64,000 nucleotides of DNA. Source: Patellaria atrata CBS 101060. Taxonomy: Eukaryota. The notes below the pieces were generated by a model, which saw nothing but the letters and a program-made list of their open reading frames with translations, was not told where the DNA came from and did not search any database. Made by a program: the position numbers and the translations under genes. The stretch is taken from the NCBI GenBank assembly GCA_010093705.1, contig MU006089.1, positions 1,723,561 through 1,787,560 on the forward strand. The letters are read 5' to 3'. Positions within the stretch are counted from its first letter, which is position 1. Each line of letters starts with the position of its first letter. Shown piece by piece: positions 11,353 through 23,883 of the stretch.

Positions 11353-12296
11353 TTAAGCAGCTGAGGGTTTTTCAGCGACAGCAGCGTAACTAGGTTGAAG
11401 CTCATCATCATTCTTGCTGCAATTCGCGCAGGCACATTTGCCTGGAGCACACGAACACACGCTGGCCTGAGAACCACAATTGCATCTTGTCTTGTCTGTA
11501 CCCGACACTTGTTCGACCTTTTTCCCAGGTTCTTCACTTGACTTTCCCTTTTCTCCGCTATCACTCTTGCAGGTCTTCAGATCGGCGAGATGCCTAGCCT
11601 CATTGTGTACATCTAGAACCTGCTTGTTGGTATTCTCGTAGAATTGACGAAGCTTCTGGCCGGTTGGGGTACTGAGGGCCTTCTCGAAGTAGGAAGACAG
11701 GCCTTGCCATGCAGCAAGTCCTTTGTCAGTCGCACCGACTTTGGCGTCGGCTGCCTGTGCCTTTTCTGTTGCTTTGTATTTGTTGTCAAAGCTCTTCAAA
11801 GCATTTAGAAATCGCTCCGAGATCCCATGTTGTTGATCAAGCTGAATGCCCTTCTCTATAGCTTTGTCGCTAATGGTATATCCGTGGGCAAGGTATTCAG
11901 CTAGGATACGAGAACGGGGCTTCACTTCTTGCGGCACGTCGTCGTCATCTTTGTGTTCCTCAGTACCTTTGGATCCTCCTAAATCATCAATGCTTGAAGC
12001 ACTTGAGACATGAACTTGGGTCGGTCCAAGCTGGGTGTTGTCGAGCAAGATAGCAGTGTTTGCTGCGGTCTCTTTCTCGAAGGTGACAGTCGCGGATTGA
12101 GTAGCGTCGGAGGCATCCGATGTTGGCTTGACGGATATTGAACTAATCTTGCCACTAACGCCAAAATTAGCATACAATAATATAGAGAATATAGAGAAGT
12201 AATGCACGTGTGGACTCACCAGAAGCGGAAGAAGTCGTAAACCTGTTTCTCACTTGTCTCGTGAGAGATGTTGGAGACGTGGACTGTAGTAGACAT
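11353..12296 (-). CDS. Vip1-like RRM-domain protein with Cys-rich C-terminal tail
   Basis: Exon 1 12296-12220 (MSTTVHVSNISHETSEKQVYDFFRF); intron 12219-12155; then CGKISSISV..ATVTFEKETAANTAILLDNTQL..KPRSRILAEYLAHGY..DVHNEARHLA, tail CNCGSQASVCSCAPGKCACANC. Confidence 0.85.
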
Positions 12297-12920
12297 GATG
12301 GAGTTGTAGTGATGGTCGGTTTTGTTTTTTGTGTGATAGTTTTACTTTAGAGTAATCTAAGAACTTATGTGCAATGCGGAAGAAGAAGAGATTGAGGAAT
12401 TGTTTGGTATTTTAAAGGAATGAAGAGAGGGGCGAGTGAGGTAGGAGCTTTCTAGATTGCACTTGAAACGCGCGGGGCATGACGTAGGTATTCTTATGTC
12501 TATAGTGCATAGCCACAACCGACCTCATTTTGACACTGTGGCCAGTGTAAATTGCCTACTTGGGTTAGGTTCAAACAAAGGCATGGCTGTGCAACTTCCT
12601 ACGTACCATTTTTTATCCTCTGACATAATTGCATGTGAAGGGAAGAAAGATACAACCTAACATAGACAATTGTATTATCTTAACTACGGACTAGTTCTAG
12701 ATAGGTTAAACACTCTCGTTCAGTATCCTAGGTAACGGTCCATATACTTTCTGCACGTAGTTGTTAAGTCAGGGGCAAAGGGGAACAGTGATAGTTCGCC
12801 AAAGTCGCTACCATGATGACGCATTTACAGGTGTAACTCATTACGTACACCGTTGCCTTTTAGTACATACCTAATAACCTCATCGCCTTGCTCTTTAAGC
12901 GGATCACTGCTGATTTACAC

Positions 12921-14825
12921 TCATTTCTTCCACCCTTCAATAACTGCATCGATATCCTCCCTGTACTGTTGCTGAGATTCGCACTGCTCTAGAAAAACCT
13001 TGTACTTTGCCGTTAGTAGCTTCTTCAAAGTTTCATCTTTACTGGGGTAGACAGCCTTTCCGGCTTTACTAAATCGATCCATGATATCCCAAAGTGGTTC
13101 GCTTTTCCCGTCCTTGTCAGTACTGGCAGCTTTAGCACCAAGCATAGCGGCACCATGCACCACTGCAGCGTGTACGTAGCGGGGAATTAGCACCGGCATG
13201 TCGCAGGCTGCGGCAATGAGGTCCATGAGGATAGGGTTCTGGCATTGGGATCCAGACATGAATATGGACGAGATAACATGGCCGGAGTTGTTCATTGTCT
13301 CAATAATTTGATGTGTTTGTAGCGCGATGAATTCCATGGTTGCGTAATAATACAGAGCGAGACCGTCAAGGCTTTTATCTGAGCTAAGCCCAATAACAGA
13401 ACCTTTCATGTTCGCATCCGCGATCGGGGAGCGGTTGCCGAAAAGATCACCATAGAAGAAGAAGTGTCGGCCGAGCCAGCTAAGATTCGGTGCGCCAGCT
13501 TTGTCTGCCATCTCCTGAAGATGTTGATTCAGGTAATCGTAGATGTTGGTGTTGAAGGTTTTGGACACCGACTGCGCTTCTTGAAAAGCTGGGTGCGTTT
13601 CGAGAACATGTTTGAGAAGTTCTCCGGTAGCACTTTGCCCACCTTCAGCAACCCAGTACTCTGGAATTAAGACGTCACGATAAGGTCCCCAAACTCCATT
13701 TACGAAGACAGGCTTTTCGGACATTGCGAGATGGCAGGTCGAAGTTCCTGCTACAGCGGCGAGTCGGGTGAACGCTTGGGAGATATCGTTCTTAGGAACT
13801 CCAGACGATAGAGCATCTTCGCCCAAAGAAACCTTTGCGCCGACGGTACCGATCCAACCAGCATATGCATCGATTACTCCACTCCCAACGGCTATTCCTG
13901 GAGGAAGGCCCATGTCTTTCGCTGCCTTTCCGCTCAGTGTGCCGACCAGTTCACCAGCGGTGAGGTATTTGCCGTTCTGGGTTACGTCAGTAAGAGTATC
14001 TCGGAGTCCCGCACAGGGAGAGCTTCACCACCCCGTTGACTCCACCCATTCTCTTGAAATTATCCTCACAGAGATCTTGAAGACCTATCTCAGTGAGGAA
14101 ATCTTCCTGCCAACCCTTGACACTTCCGTCAACACCGACAGGTACATAGCCTTGCTTGCACACGACGCTGCAGAAACTTCGTGTTTCACCCCCTGTTGCT
14201 AGATGCGTTAAGGCGTCCGTTAAATCGTAAAATTTGCATCTACTGAATAGGTTTTTAGGCATATTATTCTTTAACCAAAGCACTTTCGGGATTTCCATCT
14301 CAATGGACATCTTACCACCTACGTATCTCAGTAGGTTATGGTTGGTAGCGTTGATCTTGTCTGTTTCCTCGACTGGACGGTGGTCTAACCACAGGATAAC
14401 ATTTCGATCGTTTCCATCTTTATTATCGAAGTTTGGGGCTGTTACGGCCACCGGTTCGTCTGTATCCTCCGAGAAAACAGCTAAGGAGCATGTGGCGTCG
14501 AAACCTATTCCTTTAATTGTACTGCTATCAATATTGTGCTGAGCCGTTGCTCGTTGAACCGATTGGCAGATACATCTCCAGATATCGGTTGTGGATTGTT
14601 CCTAAATATTATGAGTCCACTGATGCCGTTGCGTGTGGAGAATGAGCTATCCGGACTGACATAGTATCCTGTTTGCGGTTGCCACAATCCGATATTCTCA
14701 GACGCCAGTCCGACGATGTCACCAAGATTATTCATAATACATGCTCTTGCACTACCGGTACCAACATCGATCCCAATGTAATGCTCAACATTGGGGTGAA
14801 GTTCATTTCGTCGATCTGAAGACAT
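12921..14825 (-). CDS. FGGY-family carbohydrate kinase (D-ribulokinase/YDR109C-like)
   Basis: YIGIDVGTGSARA, GIGFDATCSL, LWLDHR, EMEIPKVLWLK, IDAYAG, AGTSTCH, EGGQSATG, GNRSP motifs. Introns 14660-14602 and ~14028-13977 join the three ORFs in frame. Confidence 0.93.
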
Positions 14826-15717
14826 CTGGTGCGATTACTGATAAACTTTGATAAATCCCTTGTGATGAGGGTAATAAATTCTTTTGTAAGTTTTTGAATG
14901 AAGACTCAATTAGATATTACGAAGCTTAAGTTGATTGACTATGGAGGCAAAGACAGGGCGGAAAGAAATATATTGAGAGAAGGTCACCTTAGCTGCTCAA
15001 TGTGTCTACCTTAATCATCAAGCCTGTGAAAATTCGGCTGAGCTTAAGGTAACTTTACCTTAAAGGAGCTACCTTATGGGACTGGAAGCTGTACCTACCT
15101 TACTGTACAGCTCCGGCTGAGATCATGATGCAGAAATAGAGGGGTAGAGTTGTAATATGCCCCTCATTGTGGAAAAGTCCGCCGGGCATTGAATGTCAGC
15201 ATAACCAGGACCGCATAGTAATTGTTCCCGTCGTCCTGCCTCCTCCAGTTGCAGCGGTACTGTCCTAGATCACTGAATATAACGTAGTTTCAGCATGCGC
15301 GTAGGAGGATACCTATCATCTCATCTCTTTGCATATTACTCTTTTCGCCGTCGGATTTAGATAGTCGCCACGGATGTTGAATTGACGCTGTCCTTCCCCT
15401 CACGATCTTGATTCATAAGGTAGGCTATGGGTCGGGACGTTTACGAAATACCTTATAAGGAGCGGAACGCGTTTACTTGAATGAAACGCGTCTGACGGAG
15501 AGGATATCTTGGGTCGGTTATTCTTCGGCGTTCATTTACTAACGGCATCTTCGAGAATCAAAAATGCTGCCTTCGAATTGTCAGCATTGATCAATGTCAA
15601 CAATAATGTAGAACACTTTGTAAACCCCTTCATTGCTTTAATCTTCTCCCCTTTTTTTTTTTTGGAATTGTGATACCCCTTTTCTTTGCTCAACTTATAG
15701 ATTTTAGAGGCTCTGTA

Positions 15718-18093
15718 ATGTCTACAGAGATCAATATCCCTGATCTGAAATGGTCCGCTCAGTTCAAAGTGGCACCTCCGACACGAACGCCTCAACTACC
15801 CGGTGATAAGATCCTTTTACCTCCTTCTGCTTTGGAAGGTTTACTGGCCGCCGCCCCCGTCGTCACGAATGAAAGGTCAAATAATCGTTCACAAACCTCT
15901 ACCTTCGACCCATACAATCCATACACTTTCGCCGCAGAACGCTACGCCCGTGAACAGTTCGCAGAGCGTCAGCAACAGCTACCACATCCTTTGACGTTCC
16001 GGTTGGTAAATCCTGACAACGGGCGCATAGTCTATGCCGGAATCCGAGAGTTTTCTGCTGGAGATGACGAGGTGACTTTAAACCCGTTTCTGAAGGAAGC
16101 GTTGGGCCTAAAAGATGGCCCAATTTTGGAATCATCGAAGAAGAAAAGGAATGAACTCTTCAAAGGCGGAGATGAAGTAATGCTAGATTCTGAGGAAGAG
16201 CTGAGAGATGTAGAAGAAAACAGTCCCAGGATAACGGTTCACGCAAAACAGCTACCCAAAGGCACATACGTTAAGTTACGCCCTTTAGAAGCGGGCTACG
16301 ACCCGGAGGACTGGAAATCCCTTCTAGAGCAGCATTTACGATCAAACTTTACGACGCTAACTAATGGAGAAGTTATGGTCGTTCCTGGTGGTCGAGGGGT
16401 TGGCGGTCAGAGAGAAGAGTTTAGATTTCTGGTAGACGGATTCAGGCCTGAGGGCGATGGAATCTGTGTAGTTGATACTGATTTGGAAGTTGACATAGAG
16501 GCCTTGAACGACGAGCAAGCTCGAGAGACGCTAAGAAAGATTGCAGCAAAGGCGCATAAGGCTCCTGAAACCCAACAGGGTAGTTCTGTCGGGGGTGCTC
16601 TGGACATATTCAATGCGAAGGAAGGCCAAGTTCTAGATGGCGAGTACGTCGACTATGAGATCCCATCATGGAACAGATCCCAAGGGCTCGAAGTCGAGCT
16701 TAACACAGTTGATGGGGAAGCTGAGCTTGACTTACTCGTCAGTCCTTATTCATCTAGACAGCAAGCTCGACCGAGGGAAGATGAGTTCGTTTTCGGTGAC
16801 TTTGCGAGTAGGAAAACCAAACGAATACGGCTTCAACCAACGAATGTAGAATTGGAGGACGCTGAAGCTGTCTGGGTGTCTGTTCGATCATACCCAGCTT
16901 CTTCTGAAAGCTCTCAAGGTCGACCAAATCCGTTTACCATAAGGGCTTCCGTCTATGATCCTAAGGAGACTATCACATCCCAAGATCTTTCAGACACTCC
17001 TCCGAACCCTGACGAAGTACGATGTAAGAATTGCCGCCAGTGGATTCCCCAACGGACGCTTTTCCTTCATGAAAACTTTTGCTACCGTAATAATGTTCTT
17101 TGCCCTCAAGGATGCGGTACTTTGTTCCAAAAGCGATCTCCTGCTTTTGAAAGCCACTGGCATTGCTCGCACAATGACGGCTTCCGCGGGGACAGCCCTG
17201 CGAGCCGCAAGAAACACGATGAAATGTACCACACTCCCCAATCGTGTCCAAACTGCAGTTTGCAATTTCCCTCCATGATCAAACTGGCCCATCATCGTAC
17301 CACAACTTGTCCTGGCAAGTTAATTCTGTGCCAATTCTGCCATCTTGTTGTACCTCAAGAAGGTGATCCACTAGATCCGTCTCCCGAAGCGCTACTATCA
17401 AACCTGACTCATCACGAGCTCATTGATGGCGGTAGAACTACAGAGTGTCATCTCTGTGATAAGATAGTACGTCTTCGGGACATGTCAACGCATCTCAAGA
17501 ACCATGAGTTCGAACGTCTCTCGCGTCCTACCCCACGCCTGTGCCGGAACGTCAATTGTGGCCGCACTTTAGACGGAGTTAGCAAAGGCGGTGATACAAG
17601 AGCCGGAACCCGTATGGGCCAAGGCCCTGGTAATGATATCGGTCTCTGTAGCGTCTGCTACGGACCGCTATACGTAAGCCTCTACGACCCGGACGGCAAA
17701 GCCTTACGGAGGAGGGTGGAGCGCCGGTATCTCTCACAGCTATTAACCGGCTGTAGCAAGAACTGGTGTAAAAACGAGTTCTGCAAAACTGGGCGGAAGA
17801 ACAGGGGTATAGAAGGATCTTTAGCGACGAAGGATGCTCTGCCGATGGTAAAGCCTTTCCTCGACGGCTTATACACTGGAGAGAGGAACATGCCGCTACA
17901 TTTTTGTGCGGACGAGGCAAGTCAGCGGCGGAGGGGGGTGGCGGCTTTATTAGCGGCCGAAAATGGCCTCACGGGCAAAGGTGGATATGCGGAGGAGTGG
18001 TGTGTCGCCGCGCTGGAAGCAGAGGGTGGAGATTTGGATAAGGCGAGGGAATGGTTGAAGAACTGGGCACCTCAGAGGACGGAGGTTGTATGA
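15718..18093 (+). CDS. UFD1-domain protein with TRAF-type zinc-finger repeats and C-terminal Cys-rich/UBA-like region
   Basis: GDKILLPPSALE, HPLTFRL, GIREFSA, LPKGTYVKLRP, VDTDLEVDI (UFD1-like); repeated CxxC..H..C motifs; YLSQLLTGCSKNWCKNEFC; terminal ALEAEGGDLDKAREWL. First ATG at 15718; intronless. Confidence 0.85.
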   Translation: MSTEINIPDLKWSAQFKVAPPTRTPQLPGDKILLPPSALEGLLAAAPVVTNERSNNRSQTSTFDPYNPYTFAAERYAREQFAERQQQLPHPLTFRLVNPDNGRIVYAGIREFSAGDDEVTLNPFLKEALGLKDGPILESSKKKRNELFKGGDEVMLDSEEELRDVEENSPRITVHAKQLPKGTYVKLRPLEAGYDPEDWKSLLEQHLRSNFTTLTNGEVMVVPGGRGVGGQREEFRFLVDGFRPEGDGICVVDTDLEVDIEALNDEQARETLRKIAAKAHKAPETQQGSSVGGALDIFNAKEGQVLDGEYVDYEIPSWNRSQGLEVELNTVDGEAELDLLVSPYSSRQQARPREDEFVFGDFASRKTKRIRLQPTNVELEDAEAVWVSVRSYPASSESSQGRPNPFTIRASVYDPKETITSQDLSDTPPNPDEVRCKNCRQWIPQRTLFLHENFCYRNNVLCPQGCGTLFQKRSPAFESHWHCSHNDGFRGDSPASRKKHDEMYHTPQSCPNCSLQFPSMIKLAHHRTTTCPGKLILCQFCHLVVPQEGDPLDPSPEALLSNLTHHELIDGGRTTECHLCDKIVRLRDMSTHLKNHEFERLSRPTPRLCRNVNCGRTLDGVSKGGDTRAGTRMGQGPGNDIGLCSVCYGPLYVSLYDPDGKALRRRVERRYLSQLLTGCSKNWCKNEFCKTGRKNRGIEGSLATKDALPMVKPFLDGLYTGERNMPLHFCADEASQRRRGVAALLAAENGLTGKGGYAEEWCVAALEAEGGDLDKAREWLKNWAPQRTEVV

Positions 18094-18906
18094 ATGTATG
18101 AGATATGTGATAATGTACTGATGCATTTCGAATAGATAGAATAACCCCTTGACCATGTTAGAGGTGAACCTAGTAGTGGTGATGCATTGAGTTGATTACA
18201 AAGTACAATCAATTGAGCTATTCTTCTGTCAAATTGACACGAATTATCTTGAAATATGCTATAGATTCCGTCACATTATTATTGTATCATGACTTAGACC
18301 TAATAATGTACCTCATTGGGGTATAAGAGCGTGACAGGTCAATATCAGAGTCAGTTTAACTGATGATCAAATTTGAGTCTTTCCACGTATTCCCCGCCAT
18401 TCCGGCCAACCATGTACTCGATAGTCGTCATATTCTTATTATATATCTAAGACAATCTCATTCTAACAGCGGGTACTGTCCAACCAGTCAGTATATGAAG
18501 TGAGATAGATACCCACATGTGATTCGGTAAGCTGGACTGTGAGTCTGTGACACGTCCGACATGGGTCTAAGAATCTAAATTCAAGTGCAATCCTACCACT
18601 AGGTACCAAACAATCACAATACTCACTACGCACCCCTCAAAGAAAAACAAAATGCTTTTAGTCCCAGACCAAGAGTCACCGTCACGCCTTCAGTTCTCCT
18701 CCCTCTTCGTCTCTATCCGATGGTGTGATTGCTGTCCTTTCCGGGTGTGAGCTCATTCCTCCAGAAACGCGGTGGACGGCCCAAAACATCTCCTTCAGCC
18801 GCGCAGATCGCGGAAACTTCCACTCCCTCTTGGGTGACGTCTTCTCCGCCTTTCGCGAGCTACCCTCCGCCGCTGGCCTCTTTCTCTCTTTTTTTACCAA
18901 CCGACC

Positions 18907-19912
18907 ATGACAAACAGCCTCGAGGCCAAAATAGTTGTACTCGGTTCGCAAGGCGTGGGCAAGACGAGCTTGGTACACCGCTATGTCAAGAATCAGTTCA
19001 CACCACCTACGACCACTTCGACGGTCGGCGCATCGTTCCTCACGAAACGCGTAGTGGATATTGATACCTCGTCCGTGGTTAGGTTGCAGATATGGGATAC
19101 GGCGGGTCAGGAAAGGTTCAGGAGTATCTCTAAACTCTACTACAGAGGTACGCCCCGCTCCACCTACATATGCAACATCTTAAAGCATAAACTAACTATA
19201 CACTCTCTCAGGCGCAAATGCAGGAGTCCTTTGCTATGATATTACTGACCCTCACTCGTTCGAAGAAATGGGTCGCTGGCTCCATGAGCTCAAGGAAAAC
19301 CTGGGCGACGATATTATACTACACATCGTAGGCACCAAATCCGATATCGTAGCTGAAGACCCTTCAAAACGAAAGATCCCTTTTGAACGCTGCATAGCCT
19401 ACGTCGCAGAACACCTCTACCCACCTCAACAACAATCGGCGCAGTCCCAAGTCTCTCCCCCAACTTCATGGGGAGCAACCTTAGGCCCGAGCAGTACCAC
19501 ACAAACGGGCATGGCGTCTCCACAGAGTAATAGAAGTAGTGGGTTCTGGGGTCAGGACATCGGATGGGATTGCTGCCACGAAATATCCGCCAAAGACGGA
19601 GAGGGCGTAGAAGAGGTATTTCGAGTGATTACCCGTAAACTGGTCGAACAACGGAATAAACGCTTAGAAGCGGAAGAGCAGTTGAACGCATTGGCAGGGA
19701 CACCGGGCGCGTCTGGCAGCGCTGGACAGAACGGGGGATACTTCGACTATAGGAAGGGAGACGGTAATGGAAGCTTCAGGGTAGGCCTGGGGGATAAGAG
19801 ACGAAGCTGGTTGGGGTTCCCGACGCCTGGTGGGTTGAGTACTACGGGAACTGAAGGGTATGACGGTGATCTAGATCAGATAATGCAGAGTAGGGGAGGG
19901 AAGTGCTGTTGA
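18907..19912 (+). CDS. Rab-family small GTPase (Rab5/Rab21-like)
   Basis: GSQGVGKTS P-loop, TVGASF effector motif, IWDTAGQERF, GTKSD, EISAK, C-terminal CC prenylation site. Intron 19148-19211 (GTACGC..CTAAC..TCAG). Confidence 0.93.
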
Positions 19913-20415
19913 GAGGAAGAAGGCATACTTAGGTATTGCATTATATTATCTGCAGCGTCTACGGAGCATATCTGGCGCATTGGGTATGGGTCTAATCAGG
20001 TCTGGGATGTATTATAGAAGGATCGGCGTGGCATTTTGTTTCGGTTCTGCGGATTTTTCTTGACATCGCGGTGCGGGTCACAGTTTTGGACGAATATGCA
20101 TTTGATAATCCGCCCTCAAAGGGTATTGGCTTTAGGATTGTCTCTTAGTTTCCTGACTTTCTCGGATCTCACGGAGTTTTTGACCGTATTTAAAGCTTCC
20201 TGATCCCATTGACAACCACGCGTTCGCAACATTAACCTAGGGTTGCTTACTATTCGAGCCTTAAACAGAAATTCATCCTGACGTCCACTCTTTATCCATG
20301 TGACGTTGCCATCCCAATGCCTCAAGTCCTCAATATCATGAATACCGCCTACATCCACCACGACGCGCCTGAGAACGTGGATAGAGGAAATTATCCCTCT
20401 CAATGACTTTGCTGC

Positions 20416-21073
20416 TTATTCCTTTCCACCAGGAGCAGCAATCTGCACCAACAAAAACAGCGCAATAGCCCACCAATACCTATAACACAAGTCAGCAAAT
20501 GAGTAACTAACCACACCACCACATCAGCACCCCTATTTCCCCTCTGAAAAAAGAAAAACACTGAACTCACTTCTGCAAAAACGTCTTCTCAGGCTCCTTC
20601 CCCTCAATCTTCCCCTCCGCATTCAACACCACAGGCTTATTAAGCACCGGCTGCGCACCCCTCTGCATCGGCACAACCACAACCTCCACCTCTTCACTTC
20701 TCCCTTTCCCGTCCCTTCGCCCAGCCGTAGTGAACCCCACAGCGTACACCGCGCCCTCCAGATCCGTATGAAGCGCCACCCTCTTCTTCCACTCGACCCC
20801 AAAGCTCTTCGCCGACGTAACGACGCCGGACCATTGATTTGTCGTCGGGTCCCGAAGACCGACCCGCACGAGGTGTGCGGAAGTGGGGAGCGAGGGTGCG
20901 GTGTAGGAGGTTAGGTTTGCAGTGCCGGTGACGGCGTTGTAGCTGATTTGTGCGAGGGGGGCGGGTGAGGGGAGGTTAAGGGGCCATGAGGAGATGGTGA
21001 CGGTTTGGTCAGTCGGGGAGGCGGAGGTGGGGAGGATGGAGACAGCGAGGGTTATGAGGTTGAGGAGGCGCAT
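20416..21073 (-). CDS. EMC10: ER membrane protein complex subunit 10-like protein
   Basis: Signal peptide MRLLNLITLAVSILPTSA; C-terminal PVLNKPVVL..EKTFLQK|YWW followed by a TM helix. Intron 20570-20480; last exon ends GGKE* at 20416. Confidence 0.75.
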
Positions 21074-21243
21074 TGTTGTGGTTATGTAGAGTTGGGGAGA
21101 TGTAGGTAGGTAGGTAGTTATAATTATTGGGATGCGGCAAAGACCGATGGTCCAATCGGAGTGCGGAAAACGAGCCAAGAATTGTTTGGGGAGCTAAACA
21201 ATTATATTTATGAGTTTTCTTTATTCTATAGCATCATAAATTA

Positions 21244-21333
21244 GCCGGGGTAGCTCAATCGGTAGAGCGTGTGGCTCTTAGCCCTCTTGCTAAGGTTACC
21301 TCAAGGTCGCGAGTTCGAGCCTCGCCTTCGGCT
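21244..21333 (+). tRNA. tRNA-Lys(CTT) with a 17-nt intron (21281-21297)
   Basis: Acceptor stem GCCGGGG/CTTCGGC, D arm GCTC-AATCGGTA-GAGC, anticodon CTT at 21277-21279, T arm GCGAG-TTCGAGC-CTCGC, T-tract just downstream. Confidence 0.93.
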
Positions 21334-21544
21334 TCTTCTTTTGCTCTTGCAGCTTTGGTGGATATCTTTTTGCGTTTGGGATTCATCTTTTGCCGCCCAT
21401 TAGGATGCTAAATCGCTCAAATGAAAGGATCTGATTGGTTATGCTGGGGAGCCGAAGTTTTACCCTCGAATTGCTCCTGAGCTCTATAATTTTGATCTTT
21501 TGCAAATATCATTTGATAGATCTCTCAACTCAGTATTTCATATC

Positions 21545-22020
21545 GTTAGACTCGATATCGACACCTCATAGGAATCGCTATAGCCCTACCTAGAATTGGA
21601 TATTTGGATAATACAAACTTGAAACCAAAAAAGCCATCAGAGTTACTGAAATGAAATATCATTATTCTTAATTTCTCATATACTCGATATAAGCATCTCT
21701 ATTTTATCTCAGTCTCCTTTCCTTTAAGCTTCACTACTCGGACTTGCGGAGCTCTCTCTTATATATTCTTTGCTTCTAGTTCATTATTATGTCTCGTATT
21801 CCCCTATTTTCCCTTCCACTTCTATTCCTCTTTCTGCCTTTGCTTCTTATTCCGCTTTTTGGCCGCTATTTACTGTTATATGACGTTTTGTTTCTTCCAT
21901 ATTGCTTCTATTACTTCTTTCTTTTGATGTATGTTAACTTTCTCCTCGGATTCTGTTTTTGCGCACTGTCTAATCCGCGGAGATCCTTCAAAACCTATTG
22001 CAATAAGAGGCGAGGACGGT
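21545..22020 (-). pseudogene. Possible RIP-decayed K/E/Q-rich reading frame
   Basis: One minus-strand frame reads ..KTESEEKVNIHQKKEVIEAIWKKQNVI*Q*IAAKKRNKKQRQKEE*KWKGK*GNT..AKNI*ERAPQVRVVKLKGKETEIK*RCL..; all six internal stops are TAA/TAG. No family recognised. Confidence 0.3.
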
Positions 22021-23883
22021 ATCGATTTTAGCACCTAGAGACATAATACTCGGCGCATCCAAGGAGCAGTCTTTTAGGGAACTACGAGTCATCTTGATAT
22101 TGACGGTACCTATACTGTATTGTATAGTTTAGGAGAAGAACCGAATCTGCAATTTGGACAATATCAATAGGCACCAGAATTCTTGATACTGGAGAAAGGT
22201 TATCAGGATGCTCCAATTCTAGGTTTACAAGTTTTTATAAGAAAGTAGGGCTCTATCAGCAACTTGCCCTATTGACTGATTTTTGAAAGGGAACGAGGTA
22301 GGACTGGAGTACTCTTTCAGAGGTTGCTCCAAACCCCGGGTACCATTCAAATTTCAGCATGGAATTGAACATCGCAATTCACATAAGTTTCGCTACTTCC
22401 ACGCACGATCCAAAATTTTGCACTGTACAAGGTCTGGATACCTCCGAATGGAACAGATAATGCAGTCACTGTCCAGAAGAAACCAGCCCGAAAGTCCCAA
22501 CAATGGATCCAGAATAACCACAACGGTCTGACTTACAAAGGACCCCTGTCTTTAGGTCTCCAATACTCTCTCTGTTCTTTAACATGCAAAACTAGAAACT
22601 AACTCTCTCACGGAATTTCATTCGATATCCACATCAGACCTTCCATAACATCATGCTGTCATTCATGGATCCAATCTTCAATTATTGACAGGAGTTCTGA
22701 ATTTGAAAATTTACGTTAGTAGCACTCCCTCCTAGTGCTTCGGAATCCCTTTAATTATTACCAGTCTTGGCGACATTATTTTCACTGTACCTTACATATC
22801 GACGGGAGGTATCATGCATCCTTTCTCCAACTTATGGAATAGAAGGGTGCCATCGAGGGCTGGTCACTCGAATAGATAAGCAATACAAGATCATTATACT
22901 TTACTAATTAACATCTTCTCCCTCTGTCCTTATTTTTCCTACTACTTTAGGAGACTTCCCCTTTTTGTCACTCTACTCTTTCCCTATGCCTTCTCTACTT
23001 TCTTTATTTTTAGGTTTATTTTTTGTAGAATATTTCTCGAGACTTTCATCTGAATGATTTCCATTTAGCCTCTACTTGTATAGGTTGTTAGCCGTGATGA
23101 AGGGAATGACGGAAGCAACGGACATAGCCACAGACCATCAGATATGGACTTATTGGAGCTTGAGAAAATGGGGTGGTAAAGCCAGTCACAAATCCCTTAT
23201 CTTGTCCCCAAGTACAACAATACTGCTGCGAATTTCCTGCCTGATAGAGCTGTGGCTGCTGTAGGAAATATTCCTTTTCATGTTGGGCACTGATCTGGAC
23301 TCTTTCTTGACAAGCTTCACCAAAGTCTTTAGCCAAGCCGCGCGTTATACAAGCCCTCCCAAGCCCAGATGAACGAATAGGCGATTATTGAAGCTGACAG
23401 TCCTGATGAAGATATGTCCGCGCCCTGTTACAGTGAGCAAAAGGAAGCGGGTGTCGCGGTGTGTTGGATTTAAGCGGACGTATCGAGGTGTCCGTACAAT
23501 TTTCCCCGCCGTTTATCCTACAGCTCAGTATAATACATTACTGGTACAAGCATTCCTGATCTGGTAAGGTAAGCTAAGCTTTCGAATAAGGGTCTCATCC
23601 TAGCTCCAACTTTGATCCAAGTCCCCAACTTCTCTAAACCCCGGAAGTTTCGCTGGGAAGCTCCAATGCAGTCAATGCAGCTGCAGTCATGCAACCCATT
23701 CTCATGCATCGAGACTTCGACTTATTAAACATAACTATATGATTTCTTTGCTTTTTCTAGGCGCCTCTGTATAATACGTGTCTCATTAGTTCCTCTTAGC
23801 TCTTATATCTCATTTAATATCCTGTATAACATTCCCTTCTCATCCCATCAAAATCCAAATAAAAATCACCCGTAAGGGTAGAC

